Shown here: positions 49,876 through 59,628 of the stretch, piece after piece
How positions within the stretch are numbered: the first letter of the stretch is position 1
How the letters are laid out: each line of letters begins with the position of its first letter
Assembly (NCBI GenBank): GCA_035294005.1
Contig: DATGLT010000406.1
Location: 332-64,331 of the forward strand
Origin: Verrucomicrobiia bacterium
GTDB taxonomy: Bacteria; Verrucomicrobiota; Verrucomicrobiia; Limisphaerales; UBA8199
DNA length: 64,000 nucleotides
Direction of reading: 5' to 3'
Notes under the pieces: model-generated
Told to the model about the DNA's origin: nothing
What the model saw: the letters and a program-made list of their open reading frames with translations, nothing else
The model's database searches: none
Made by a program: the position numbers and the translations under genes

Positions 49876-50785
49876 GAGAGGAGAGCGCGAGCTCTGGCAA
49901 TTCCGGTTCAACTTCCTGCAAGGGTAACATGCCGGCCATTTTGATGCGCCGGCTCAGGCGGTAGAGAGCCGCGGGCACCGGAGCACGCCGGCAGCCGTGG
50001 CGCAGAATCAATCCGTAGCCTTTCAGGACGCCCAGGAGCCGGGCGCGGAACCGGCGCGGGTGAAGATTGTACAGGAGCGTCTTTACCGTCGTTGCCGCCA
50101 GGTGAGTTACCAGGTAAGGGCCTGGTACGTTGCACCACGCGTAAAGGATTTTATTGCGTGAACCGTAAAAATCCATGCGCGTCCAGTCGCGTTGGAGGCT
50201 CTCGAAATGGTGGATGGGCGCGGAAGTGCCGGGACGCGTGATAAACCCGGAAGCGAGCATGCGCGTGCAGAAATCTTCCTCTTCCCCCTGGTGAACCAAT
50301 TCCTCACGGTATTGGCCCAATTGCAGAAACAGATCGCGCCGGACCGCGTGCGCGGTGCCGATGTACGTGTAGCTGGCAAAGACCTGGCTTGAGGACGGTG
50401 CCTTGTTTTTGATTTCCGCGCTGCGGTTGACGTCGACAAACGGAATGGCAACGGCTCCCACCCTGGGGTGATCAAATTGCTCAAGCGTTCTTTCAACGAT
50501 GTCGGGGGCTGAAAATACGGCGTCGTCGTCGATTGAAAAAAGAATCCGGCTTGAGGCTCTTTCGGCCGCCCGATTTCTCTGTGCGATGTAGCCCTGGGAA
50601 GTTTCGGAGCGCACAAAAGCCACCTGTGGGAATTCTTTGGCCATCATTCTGGGCGTGCCATCAGTTGACCCATCATCAATGACCAACACCTCGGGCCGCC
50701 CAGTTTGGGCCATGGCCGAATTGACCGCCTTGCGCAGGTCGTACATTCGGTTCTTCGTGGTAATGACTACCGTGGCCGCCGACAT
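49868..50785 (-). CDS. GT2-family glycosyltransferase
   Basis: VVITTKNR ... VLVIDDGSTDGT ... SIDDDAVF (DxD). Confidence 0.9.
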   Translation of the reverse strand: MSAATVVITTKNRMYDLRKAVNSAMAQTGRPEVLVIDDGSTDGTPRMMAKEFPQVAFVRSETSQGYIAQRNRAAERASSRILFSIDDDAVFSAPDIVERTLEQFDHPRVGAVAIPFVDVNRSAEIKNKAPSSSQVFASYTYIGTAHAVRRDLFLQLGQYREELVHQGEEEDFCTRMLASGFITRPGTSAPIHHFESLQRDWTRMDFYGSRNKILYAWCNVPGPYLVTHLAATTVKTLLYNLHPRRFRARLLGVLKGYGLILRHGCRRAPVPAALYRLSRRIKMAGMLPLQEVEPELPELALSSHE

Positions 50786-50791
50786 AATTGG

Positions 50792-51679
50792 TTACACCTG
50801 ATTTTCGGGGACGGAGCGCAGTTCCGAAGCAAAGCGGGCTGTGTCCTCTAACGGCCGGGACTTTCGCGCTTGAATGTTTTTCAAGAAGACGACCGGCAGT
50901 TCTTTGCCTTTGGAGACCTCCACGACGCGGAACTGGCCGCCGGCTCGGGCGATATCCGATTTCAATGCTGCCAATCCATATGGCGGGTGGAGTTCGACCA
51001 CAATGGCTGATACACGATGGATCCAGGCGGCGCATTGAGCGAATAGATCCCGTTCAGCCCCTTCGATGTCGCACTTCAGCAGATCCACGATGCCGTCTCG
51101 GATAGCGTCATTAAGCAGTGTTTCCAGCGGGTAAATCTCGACGGCGATTCCGTTTTGCATTTCGTTTCCGCTGACCTGGTAACCCCATTCTCCGCCGGCC
51201 TCCAACAATTCGGCTCTTCCTCGAGTCGCCCCGACACCCCCTTGCACGAGCTTAATACGATCTCCAATTTTCGCCGCCTTGATGTTCTTTTCGCACACGC
51301 GACAGTTCCCCGGGTGCGGTTCCACCGCGAGAATTTGGGCCTGCGGGTATAAGGCATTCCAGTAACGCACGCTGAATCCGGCATTCGCGCCCAAATCGAC
51401 AATGAACCGAGCCTGTTGGATCTCGCGTTCCACCACCGAATACTCGCCGCGGTGGAAGATCTCTTCCAGGACCAGCCAGTCGGTTGAGGCGAGCCGAACA
51501 TGAAAAGGGTGTCGATGCCTTCTCAGCCGTACCTGAACTGTTGATTGGCGCGCGGGCAAATTCCAGCGCACGCGGCGCAGGACCCGTCCGTAGGCGTAGT
51601 ATATCCGCTCAGGCGTGCCTTGGAACTCACGACACGTCGCGATGTGCTTCAAAACGTTCGCGAAAAGTGGGACAGTCAT
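50792..51679 (-). CDS. FkbM-family SAM-dependent methyltransferase
   Basis: FIVDLGANAGFS ... LLKCDIEGAERDLF. The ATG overlaps the Wzx stop (ATGA). Confidence 0.8.
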   Translation of the reverse strand: MTVPLFANVLKHIATCREFQGTPERIYYAYGRVLRRVRWNLPARQSTVQVRLRRHRHPFHVRLASTDWLVLEEIFHRGEYSVVEREIQQARFIVDLGANAGFSVRYWNALYPQAQILAVEPHPGNCRVCEKNIKAAKIGDRIKLVQGGVGATRGRAELLEAGGEWGYQVSGNEMQNGIAVEIYPLETLLNDAIRDGIVDLLKCDIEGAERDLFAQCAAWIHRVSAIVVELHPPYGLAALKSDIARAGGQFRVVEVSKGKELPVVFLKNIQARKSRPLEDTARFASELRSVPENQV

Positions 51680-53091
51680 GACGCCGCTTCACTGATCGAG
51701 TTCACCGCTAGGACCGAGTTGCCGGAGCCGATAACTCGTCTCAAAACGCGCCATTGCCACAATCCGAGGCTTGCAGCGGCAAATGCCTGGGCAATAGCCA
51801 CGCCCATCGCGCCTTGCCTCGGAATGAATATCAGGCTCGCGCAAATCAACACGGCTGCCCAGATGCCGCTGAAACCCAGGTCCAGCCAGGCGCGCCCGGC
51901 AGATTGCATGGACTTGGACAGCAAGTTGTTGATCGCGGTCAGCGACGTTGTGCACAGGGTCAGCACCAGGACCGGCGCGCCATCCCCGTAGTCCCCTCCG
52001 TAAATCTTCATTAAGCGAGAGCTCAACACAATGAGCGGCAGCGCCATTGCCATGCAAATCCCGGCGCTGAGCCAGAGTTGCCTTTTCAGCAGCCGTATAA
52101 AATCCGCGCCCCGGCCTGCGGCATGGAGGTTAGCCAGCATGGGGACGAGCACCGAGCCGAGCATCAGCGGCAAAAACCCGACTACATTCTTCCATTGGTT
52201 GGCAGCCGAGAGCAGCGCCGCCTGCCCATACCCTCCTTTTTGATTCACCAAAAGCATGTTGCAGAACCAGTTCACAGGGCCCACCAGGGTGCTCGACAGG
52301 AATGCCGGCAGGCTGAATCGCCACAGGATCTGTGTTTCCGCAAGCCAAACTCCCGAGCTGCCTTCGGGCAGGCATCGGAACCTAATACCGTGGCGTCGTC
52401 CCTGGTGGACCAACACATAGTGACCCAACACGCACGCTGCCAGGTTCTGGATAACCAGCCCGGCGATCGCCCCGGAGATCCCGAATTCCCATGCACCCAA
52501 CGCCACAAGCGGCGCGCCCAGCACTGCCGGTATGAAATTGATCACTGCAACCGCTTTGAACCCTTCCAACCCGGCCAGCGCGCCGGTGTATACGTTTTGA
52601 ACGGTGACCAACAGCACGAGCGGACTGGACAGGCGGAGCGCTGACGTCAATTCGGGCGCCGCCAAAGTGTGCACCGCCAGCCACGGCGCTGCTCCGGCGC
52701 AGAGCAAGGTTCCCAAAATTCCGCCGGCTACAGCCACGCCCAGGGTCAACGAAACCACGCGTGAACAACGCGTCCGGTCGATGTCTCGCCACTCCGCCAG
52801 GTGTTTGGTAGCTGTTACAGCCAGCCCAAGCCCCGCAAAGGTCCCCATCATCGCCACTGTGCTCTGGAGCACCGCAAATTGTCCGAATCCCTCTTTCGAT
52901 AAAAACCTTGCGCAGACGATGGAGCTCAGCAGGCCGAGCAAGCGGGCAAACGCTGTGCCGGTGACGGTCCAAAACGCCCCTTCAGCGAGGCGAGCCGAAA
53001 GCGACGTCCGTCGCAGCTTTTGAAACCGGAACAGCAAACTTGTAATTCCTCCCGGAATGGCCTCCGCGGCGTGTTCTATCCTTGGGAACAT
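51676..53091 (-). CDS. Wzx-type flippase (MOP superfamily polysaccharide biosynthesis protein)
   Basis: 471 aa, about 12-14 TM helices, with position and size typical of Wzx. Confidence 0.75.
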   Translation of the reverse strand: MFPRIEHAAEAIPGGITSLLFRFQKLRRTSLSARLAEGAFWTVTGTAFARLLGLLSSIVCARFLSKEGFGQFAVLQSTVAMMGTFAGLGLAVTATKHLAEWRDIDRTRCSRVVSLTLGVAVAGGILGTLLCAGAAPWLAVHTLAAPELTSALRLSSPLVLLVTVQNVYTGALAGLEGFKAVAVINFIPAVLGAPLVALGAWEFGISGAIAGLVIQNLAACVLGHYVLVHQGRRHGIRFRCLPEGSSGVWLAETQILWRFSLPAFLSSTLVGPVNWFCNMLLVNQKGGYGQAALLSAANQWKNVVGFLPLMLGSVLVPMLANLHAAGRGADFIRLLKRQLWLSAGICMAMALPLIVLSSRLMKIYGGDYGDGAPVLVLTLCTTSLTAINNLLSKSMQSAGRAWLDLGFSGIWAAVLICASLIFIPRQGAMGVAIAQAFAAASLGLWQWRVLRRVIGSGNSVLAVNSISEAAS

Positions 53092-53126
53092 GCGGATTTA
53101 GATCAGACTTTTAGCTCCTGAAGCGA

Positions 53127-54500
53127 TCAAGGAGCGCCCAATATTCGAAAATTCCCCGGCGGCTGCGGCTGGTTTGTGTTGCACGCGCTGTACGGGAAGA
53201 AATCGTAAGCGACGATATTCGATAGGATATTTACACCCTCAATGGAGACGACATTGGTCCCGTTTCGCCGCAGATTCAGGCTCTGGGGGCCGGGCCCAAA
53301 CGGAACACGGGCGCTGTGCAAGCCGGGGCCGAACGAGTTGGTGCTTGAGAGTTTACCCGATTGGATTTCGAGATCCGCGGCCGAGGTCAATAGCACGGTG
53401 GCATAGACGTTGTCCTGTACATCCCCGATGAACCACGTGACGGGGAGGTCGTTGGTATCGGAAGCCGCCGCGGACCGGGGATGAGTCCGGTAGAAACAGA
53501 ACAGGGTGTCGTGATTCAAGGCGGGCTCGTTCCCGTTCTTGAACCAGGAAATGAAATGCTTGCAGAATTCCAAGTATCCGGAATGCGTGTAGCGGCGAGG
53601 GCTTGCGACGCCTGTGAAATACACGCCGGGATCATCAATCGGGCACAGATACGTGCTCTCGTTCCAGTCGTTCCATGTAACCAGCTCGACCCAGTCGGGC
53701 TGCGTGGCGATAATCGAGTTCCATTGCTGTGCCAGCCCTTCCGCCCCGTCGGATTCGAAATAGCGCCGGCCCAAGGTCGACTGAACGCAACCCCAGTAAT
53801 GGGGGGAAACGCTGGCCATGGACACTTTATTGGCGGCGTGCACCGCGGCCGTGTAGTTCGAGTTGCACGTTGCCAATTGCCCGGGCAAGCCCGCTGCCAC
53901 AAACAGGAACAAACCGTCCAGCAGGTTCCCGTATTTCTTTAGAATTGATTGAGCGTCGGCATAGCCTGGAAGTTCCTGGACCGGGCTGGGAAAGAAATGA
54001 GGGATAAAGAACACTGGGATTCCATCCTTGACCAGTTTTCCGATCACCGCGTTGGTCCAGTCCACACCGGTCCACCCTGCGGCCGGCACATCGTTGTGTC
54101 CGTAAGAAGAAAGCACCAGCTTTCCTTGATAGTGAAAGCTGTTGGTCCGGTTGGCGAAACTCTCGACCATACTCACCGTGTTGCTTGCGTTTTCAAAATC
54201 GACAGAAAAGAAAAGTTTAAACCCGGTCCCAAGCTGTTCCGCGGCGTTGTAGATCAGTGCGACCCTGGATTTGTAATACGCCTGTGAATCATCCCACGCG
54301 CCGACATTCAATGCGAATCCGTCGATTCCCGCGGCTTGGGCTTGCTGTATCTCGCGCTTGTAGCCATCCAAACTCTCCCCGTAACTTTCGAAGCAAACCA
54401 TGTAATGGGCAAACACCAGGTGAGGCGCGCCGGCCTGCAGTCCGCTCGCGGTGACGAGGGCCAGGAGGGCTGTGGTGGTGGCTAGTTTCAATCGCCTCAT
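53127..54500 (-). CDS. Secreted glycoside hydrolase family 71-like protein (alpha-1,3-glucanase/mutanase family)
   Basis: Signal peptide, then LVFAHYMVCF...YKREIQQAQAAGIDGFALNVGAWD...LFFSVDF, matching the GH71 N-terminal pattern (VFAHFMVG...DI..A...GIDAFALNI). About 100 aa follow the catalytic region. Confidence 0.7.
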   Translation of the reverse strand: MRRLKLATTTALLALVTASGLQAGAPHLVFAHYMVCFESYGESLDGYKREIQQAQAAGIDGFALNVGAWDDSQAYYKSRVALIYNAAEQLGTGFKLFFSVDFENASNTVSMVESFANRTNSFHYQGKLVLSSYGHNDVPAAGWTGVDWTNAVIGKLVKDGIPVFFIPHFFPSPVQELPGYADAQSILKKYGNLLDGLFLFVAAGLPGQLATCNSNYTAAVHAANKVSMASVSPHYWGCVQSTLGRRYFESDGAEGLAQQWNSIIATQPDWVELVTWNDWNESTYLCPIDDPGVYFTGVASPRRYTHSGYLEFCKHFISWFKNGNEPALNHDTLFCFYRTHPRSAAASDTNDLPVTWFIGDVQDNVYATVLLTSAADLEIQSGKLSSTNSFGPGLHSARVPFGPGPQSLNLRRNGTNVVSIEGVNILSNIVAYDFFPYSACNTNQPQPPGNFRILGAP

Positions 54501-54526
54501 TTCAAAGGAGCACTGCCGTTTGAGTC

Positions 54527-56647
54527 CTACGCCGCAGCTGCGGCGGTGCGGCTGGACGCTTTGCGCATTCCGTTCTGCCCATAATTACGCGCGAAATCAT
54601 CGGATCTCGCCCGGTTCAGCACGATCGACACTTGCCGGGCTTTTCTCTGATATAGCATATCAAGAGCTTGCCGGACAGCGCGGGACCGCGTGAAAAAGGG
54701 ACGCACGACCAGCACTACCGAATCGGCATGCGGCACCAACAAGGCCGCATCGTCCGCAGCCAGTATCGGAGCGCCGTCGAGAATGATGAAATCGCAGTCC
54801 TTTCGCAGTTCGGAGAAGAAGTCATCGATTCTCGAACACAGGAACAGGTCGTCACTCTCGCCTGAGTTGGACCCGGCCCCTATAAACTTCAAGTCGCTGA
54901 TTTCCGTGGTTTGCACAATCTCCGGAAGTCCTGCTTGCCCGCTCAAATAGTCGAGCATGCCCGGTGCCGGCGGCCGCTTGAGAAGCCGATGAAGCGCGCC
55001 GGCCTGCGGGTCCGCCTCGACAAGAATTACTTTCAAGCCGCTTCTGGCCAGAACCCGAGCGAGGTTCGCTGCCACCGTGGTTTTTCCTTCCGCGGGACCG
55101 GCGCCGGTAAACAATATCGTTTGCGGCCGCTGCTCGCCTGCCGAAGAAAGCAGAAGCGCCGAACGCAGGTGCCGGTATGCTTCAAGGTAGGAGGCTCGGG
55201 AATCATTCGGTTCGACCAGGATTTTCGACGGCTCCGAGCGGGACGTTCGCACCTGCGGCACCAAGCCGAGCACCGGTTCCCCGAACTGTTCCCGAACGTC
55301 GCGCACCGAAACAAACCGGTCATCGATCAAATACCATAAGAAGAGAATGCCCAATCCAATGAACCCTCCCGCAAAACCGGCCAGGCCGACTCGCAGGGAA
55401 AGGTACCGTTCGGTTGGCCTTGCCGGCGATGGTTCCTGCAGCACGGATAGCCGTTCCTGCTCGACGCTTTTGCTCAAATCGACTCCCTGCAGCATGGACA
55501 GGAGGTGATCGTAAAAGCCTTGCTGCCTCTGGATATTGTTTTTCAACCGCTGCCCTTCCGAAAGCCTCTCGTCGATCGCCAGCACCTTCGCTTCCACAGA
55601 TGGGATCGAGAGCTCAATTGCGGCAATCCGGTTGCTCACCTCCTCGGCTTCCAGGTGCTTCTGCGAAACGTCCTGTTCCGAAAGCACCGCAACGGTCTTT
55701 CGCACCCGTGCAATGTCACTGTTGAGTTTGCGCAATGCCGGGTGAAGTTCGCCCAGTTCGTTTGTCTGCTGGTCGCGCTGCGCCAGGAGCACGGCCAATT
55801 CCACTTCGGCAGCTCTCAACGCCGTGTCGTTTCCCGGGGCCAGGCTGGCGCTGGCCACTGAACCCGTTGTGGTTAAGGTGGGAGCCGCTACCGTAGTTTT
55901 GTTCCAGGCAGGCGTTTTCTCTTCCCCCAACCCGTGCTGGGCCAGCCCCATCTCGAGCTTTAGTTTCTCCAATTGGAGATTCAAATCTGAAAGGTACAAT
56001 CCTGCGCTTTTGGCCTGGTCTTCGAGAACCGCCATGTTGTTTGATTTTTGGAAATCAGCCCATTTGTCCTGCTCCGCTTTGAGGTCCGACTCGCGCTTGC
56101 CTAGCTCGGCGGTCAGGGAGTTAACCAGGTCTTCCGTCGTGTTCTTCCGGGTCTCCTTCTTGTAAGCCAGGTACTCCTGGAGCAAGGCTTGCAGGAGTTT
56201 CTGCACCTGGATCGGCTCGGGCCCGGTGGCCTGAACCAGCAAAATTGAGGTCTTCATTGGCTGGTACACCTCGACTTTGAAAGGGCTCTTTTTACCGGGT
56301 GGAAGGACAATTCCCGCGCGATCGAACGCGGCCGCCTGCAACCGGGGACTCTTGAGCAGTTCAATCTGCGTGCCGTAATAGTTCACGGTATCCTCGGTCA
56401 CAAAGATGCCGGTATTGATTTGCACGTCGCCCGACAGGTACAACTGAGCAAAGGATGTGTAGGTCTCGGGCCGGACGGTTTCATAGACGAAAAACGCGCT
56501 CATGCCGATGCAGATGCAGATGAGGGTGACCCACCATCGTTCCTTGAGATAGGACCAATACCGTCTCTTTGGGGTTGAAACCGTCAGCCGATACTGCGCT
56601 TCGTGGCCGTTGGAAGCGGCTGGCAGCAGAATGGTCTTTTGGGTCAT
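54527..56647 (-). CDS. Polysaccharide co-polymerase / BY-kinase-like protein (Wzc/GumC/EpsF-G type)
   Basis: Wzz-type N-domain with two TM helices flanking a long coiled-coil periplasmic region. Cytoplasmic P-loop domain (TGAGPAEGKTTVAANLA Walker A; VILVEADP; FIILDGAPIL Walker B). Confidence 0.85.
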   Translation of the reverse strand: MTQKTILLPAASNGHEAQYRLTVSTPKRRYWSYLKERWWVTLICICIGMSAFFVYETVRPETYTSFAQLYLSGDVQINTGIFVTEDTVNYYGTQIELLKSPRLQAAAFDRAGIVLPPGKKSPFKVEVYQPMKTSILLVQATGPEPIQVQKLLQALLQEYLAYKKETRKNTTEDLVNSLTAELGKRESDLKAEQDKWADFQKSNNMAVLEDQAKSAGLYLSDLNLQLEKLKLEMGLAQHGLGEEKTPAWNKTTVAAPTLTTTGSVASASLAPGNDTALRAAEVELAVLLAQRDQQTNELGELHPALRKLNSDIARVRKTVAVLSEQDVSQKHLEAEEVSNRIAAIELSIPSVEAKVLAIDERLSEGQRLKNNIQRQQGFYDHLLSMLQGVDLSKSVEQERLSVLQEPSPARPTERYLSLRVGLAGFAGGFIGLGILFLWYLIDDRFVSVRDVREQFGEPVLGLVPQVRTSRSEPSKILVEPNDSRASYLEAYRHLRSALLLSSAGEQRPQTILFTGAGPAEGKTTVAANLARVLARSGLKVILVEADPQAGALHRLLKRPPAPGMLDYLSGQAGLPEIVQTTEISDLKFIGAGSNSGESDDLFLCSRIDDFFSELRKDCDFIILDGAPILAADDAALLVPHADSVVLVVRPFFTRSRAVRQALDMLYQRKARQVSIVLNRARSDDFARNYGQNGMRKASSRTAAAAA

Positions 56648-56884
56648 CGGGCAGGTGTGGACAAGCTGCCGCCTATGGCTTTGCGGTCCAGCCGCGCCAC
56701 TGAGCAGTTTGGCGTTTTGTCTGTATCATTCGCAATGCAGCTCTCTGCAGCGATGAACAGCCGCGGCTTGTGCCTGCGGCCTGCGGTTTCCGAACGGACG
56801 ATTCCTGTTGCTCGAATTCCGGGCTAATGACGATGCTCGAATCCCATGGCGCTGCGGTGTCGGAACCGTGGCAAATGTGTTAAG

Positions 56885-58288
56885 TCAGTACGCGCTGCGC
56901 GGGGGCGCGATGCACTGCCGGAAGGTCTTCAGAAGAATCAGGCAATCCAGGCTGAAGGACCAATGCTCCAGGTAATAAATGTCGGCTTCGACCCGTTGCT
57001 CGATGTCCCTGTCGGAATGAATTTCTCCACGGTACCCGTTGACCTGGGCCCAGCCGGTTATGCCGGGCCGAATCAGTTTTCGGATGGGGTAGCGCTTCAT
57101 GGCGTCGGTGAACCTCTCATCGTGCTGGGGCAGATGCGGCCTCGGGCCCACAACGCTCATTTCGCCGCGCAGCACGTTGATGAACTGGGGCAATTCGTCG
57201 ATGCTCAGTTTGCGCAGCCACTTGCCGGCGCCGAACACACGCGGATCTTCGCGGGTGGCTTGCTTTTCTTCGCACCGGTGGTCGGTCCGCATCGTGCGGT
57301 ACTTCAGCATTGTGAAGGGCCTGCCCATCATTCCCGTGCGGCATTGTTTGAAAAACACTGGCCCGGGAGATTGAACGCGTTGCGCGGCCCAAACCAGCAC
57401 TGTCGAGACGGGCAGCACCAGCACGACGACCGGAAGCGAAATAGTTATATCCAAAAACCGTTTAATAAACCGGTTCAAAGGACTTTCCAGCGGTTCTTCG
57501 CGCAAGCCGATAAAGCGCATGCCGTCGTCTTCGAACGTGGTTACCGAATGGTTGAAATAATCACTCGGATCATGGATGGCCAGCAAACGCACGGCGGCGC
57601 TCTCGCAAAGCTGGGTCAATTGTCTGACCCACGGACTGCCCATTGAGAGATCCAGCACGATCACCTGCGTTATCGAGCGTTCCCGCAGAATTTGTCCCAG
57701 GTTTTCCAAACTGCCCAGCAACGGGAATGGGGGCGGCCCCGGCACATCCCCACAAGGACAAACCAGGCCGACGGTTCTGAATCCGACCAGGCTCTTCCTC
57801 TCGAGCCAGGGTTTGATGAGTGCCGCCTGCTCCACGGTGCCTGCCAGGGCTACTCGTTCCTCGCGATCTCCTGAAAAAGCCCAACGGCTCAACAAACGTG
57901 GCAGGAGATAGTTGGAAAAAAGGAGTGTCAGGTAAAGCCATGGAACATAGCTGAACATGAAAGACCGCACGTTGTCGGTGGGGGTGTCCTGAAGCACAAA
58001 CACCACAAGGAACACACAAAACAACCCAATGAACGCCTGGCGGGCGCTGCGCCGCGCCGCCACCACCCAGGTGTGCTCCGGAGTTGTAGCGTCTCGCCGA
58101 TGAGCGGAGCCGAACAACAGCCCGATCAGCAGGAACTCATTGAACAAAAGGTAGCGCTGCAGAACTTCCCGTTGTGACAGTAACGCGCTTTGCCAGATGA
58201 CCATCCATCCCCAGTAGCTCAGCGTTACCAAAACGATCTGCCACATCATGGCAAGGCTGCGGATTCCTATCGAGCGTTGGCTTATCAT
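56885..58288 (-). CDS. Polyprenyl-phosphate hexose-1-phosphate transferase (WcaJ/EpsB-type initiating sugar transferase)
   Basis: N-terminal TM bundle, a central Rossmann-like region, and a C-terminal bacterial sugar-transferase domain (MVGPRPHLPQH..., PGITGWAQVNG). Confidence 0.9.
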   Translation of the reverse strand: MISQRSIGIRSLAMMWQIVLVTLSYWGWMVIWQSALLSQREVLQRYLLFNEFLLIGLLFGSAHRRDATTPEHTWVVAARRSARQAFIGLFCVFLVVFVLQDTPTDNVRSFMFSYVPWLYLTLLFSNYLLPRLLSRWAFSGDREERVALAGTVEQAALIKPWLERKSLVGFRTVGLVCPCGDVPGPPPFPLLGSLENLGQILRERSITQVIVLDLSMGSPWVRQLTQLCESAAVRLLAIHDPSDYFNHSVTTFEDDGMRFIGLREEPLESPLNRFIKRFLDITISLPVVVLVLPVSTVLVWAAQRVQSPGPVFFKQCRTGMMGRPFTMLKYRTMRTDHRCEEKQATREDPRVFGAGKWLRKLSIDELPQFINVLRGEMSVVGPRPHLPQHDERFTDAMKRYPIRKLIRPGITGWAQVNGYRGEIHSDRDIEQRVEADIYYLEHWSFSLDCLILLKTFRQCIAPPRSAY

Positions 58289-58430
58289 ACGTCAATCTGC
58301 GAAGAAGCCATCTCGTCGGCTTTCAATCGGTGACGAGATTTACGCCCTTACGGAGGTTCCGTAAAGTGGAACACTGTTAATTTCTCGTGACGCAGCTCAG
58401 GCGCCGCGCGGCAGAATGAGTCCCGACGAG

Positions 58431-59606
58431 CTAGCCGCCTGAGCAACTTGCTTCCATTACCGTTTTGGTTGCAGGCAACAGCGGGCCCGCAGGTGCCGGC
58501 ACGCTCACCGGAATAAAAGCCCGGTTCGGTTTGGGAGTCACCCTTTCGATGACGCTCTCCAGGAAAGCTTCAGCTTGCCGCACCCAGGCGCGATAAGGCG
58601 CGGCTCCTGCCCGTTGCGTGGGTTGGAGCAAGCGGGTTAAATCGAAACGGGTGGCCGCCATGGCCAGGCCCGCTTGTTCCGCATCCAGCGCATTGAGGTA
58701 TTGCTCGACGTGATTGGCGACCGGGACAACCAGCAACGGCTTCCCCAGCCAGGCAGCTTCGTTGAGCGATTCGAAGCCGGCGGTGCTGGCCACGCCCCGG
58801 CTTTGCGACATCATCCTCAGGAATTTCCCTCCATCCAGTTTATGGAACCAAAGGGTTGAATCGTATCGCCACACCGGTTCGACCTTTGGTTTTTCGCAAA
58901 AGCAATGCACCTCCACCTCGGGATTGCTGGCGTGCCATTCCAGAATCTCATCTGTGTAACCTTGGTTCAGAACGTAGGCCAGCAGGAAGCTTCCTTGAAT
59001 ATCACAAGGCAGCTCAAAGACTCCGGGTCTCAGCAGAGGCGGGCAAACAAAAAGCCCTCTGTCGGGGAGCGACGCGGCCGGGTAGAAAGATAGCGCCAGT
59101 TTCACCGAACGCGCGCCCGTCAACCCGACGTACCTTCGCATGAACCAACGTTGAAGCGCAAATCGGGTGCAACGGACAAATTGCGGGTGCCAAAGCATGA
59201 ACTGGTGGCCCACCGAAATGACGGGCACACCATGCGGACGTATCAGGTTCAGCGCTCCTATCAAAGGCTCGAGAAAATTGATTATGAGGTCGGGCCTTTT
59301 CTTTTCGATCGCGTCCTGAATCGTAGAGAGGCTTTGACGGTAGCCTTTACGGTTTTGAAAGGCTTGCAGGATCGTGCCTGCAGTTGTCACGCCTTTGCCG
59401 CATCGAAAGCTGAAACCAGGACTGCAAACCGGCAACAAACGATCGCCAAATTCCTTCGCGAAAAAATCAGGAATCGTCCGGCTGGGATTTGTTCCCACCG
59501 TAACGGCAACAATTTCATGGCCGTGGCGTTCGAGCATGCCGGCGGCGGCAATCGCCTGGGTCATGTGTCCGCGTCCGTCACCTTGAACGGCAAAAAGTAT
59601 TTTCAT
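58431..59606 (-). CDS. GT-B glycosyltransferase of the MurG/GT28-like (MJ1255-type) family
   Basis: MKILFAVQGDGRGHMTQAIAAAGML (G-rich N-terminal loop with GHxxR/Q) and a C-terminal GFESLNEAAWLGKPLLVVP. Confidence 0.7.
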   Translation of the reverse strand: MKILFAVQGDGRGHMTQAIAAAGMLERHGHEIVAVTVGTNPSRTIPDFFAKEFGDRLLPVCSPGFSFRCGKGVTTAGTILQAFQNRKGYRQSLSTIQDAIEKKRPDLIINFLEPLIGALNLIRPHGVPVISVGHQFMLWHPQFVRCTRFALQRWFMRRYVGLTGARSVKLALSFYPAASLPDRGLFVCPPLLRPGVFELPCDIQGSFLLAYVLNQGYTDEILEWHASNPEVEVHCFCEKPKVEPVWRYDSTLWFHKLDGGKFLRMMSQSRGVASTAGFESLNEAAWLGKPLLVVPVANHVEQYLNALDAEQAGLAMAATRFDLTRLLQPTQRAGAAPYRAWVRQAEAFLESVIERVTPKPNRAFIPVSVPAPAGPLLPATKTVMEASCSGG

Positions 59607-59628
59607 AATGGATAGCGGTTCTGAGTTT

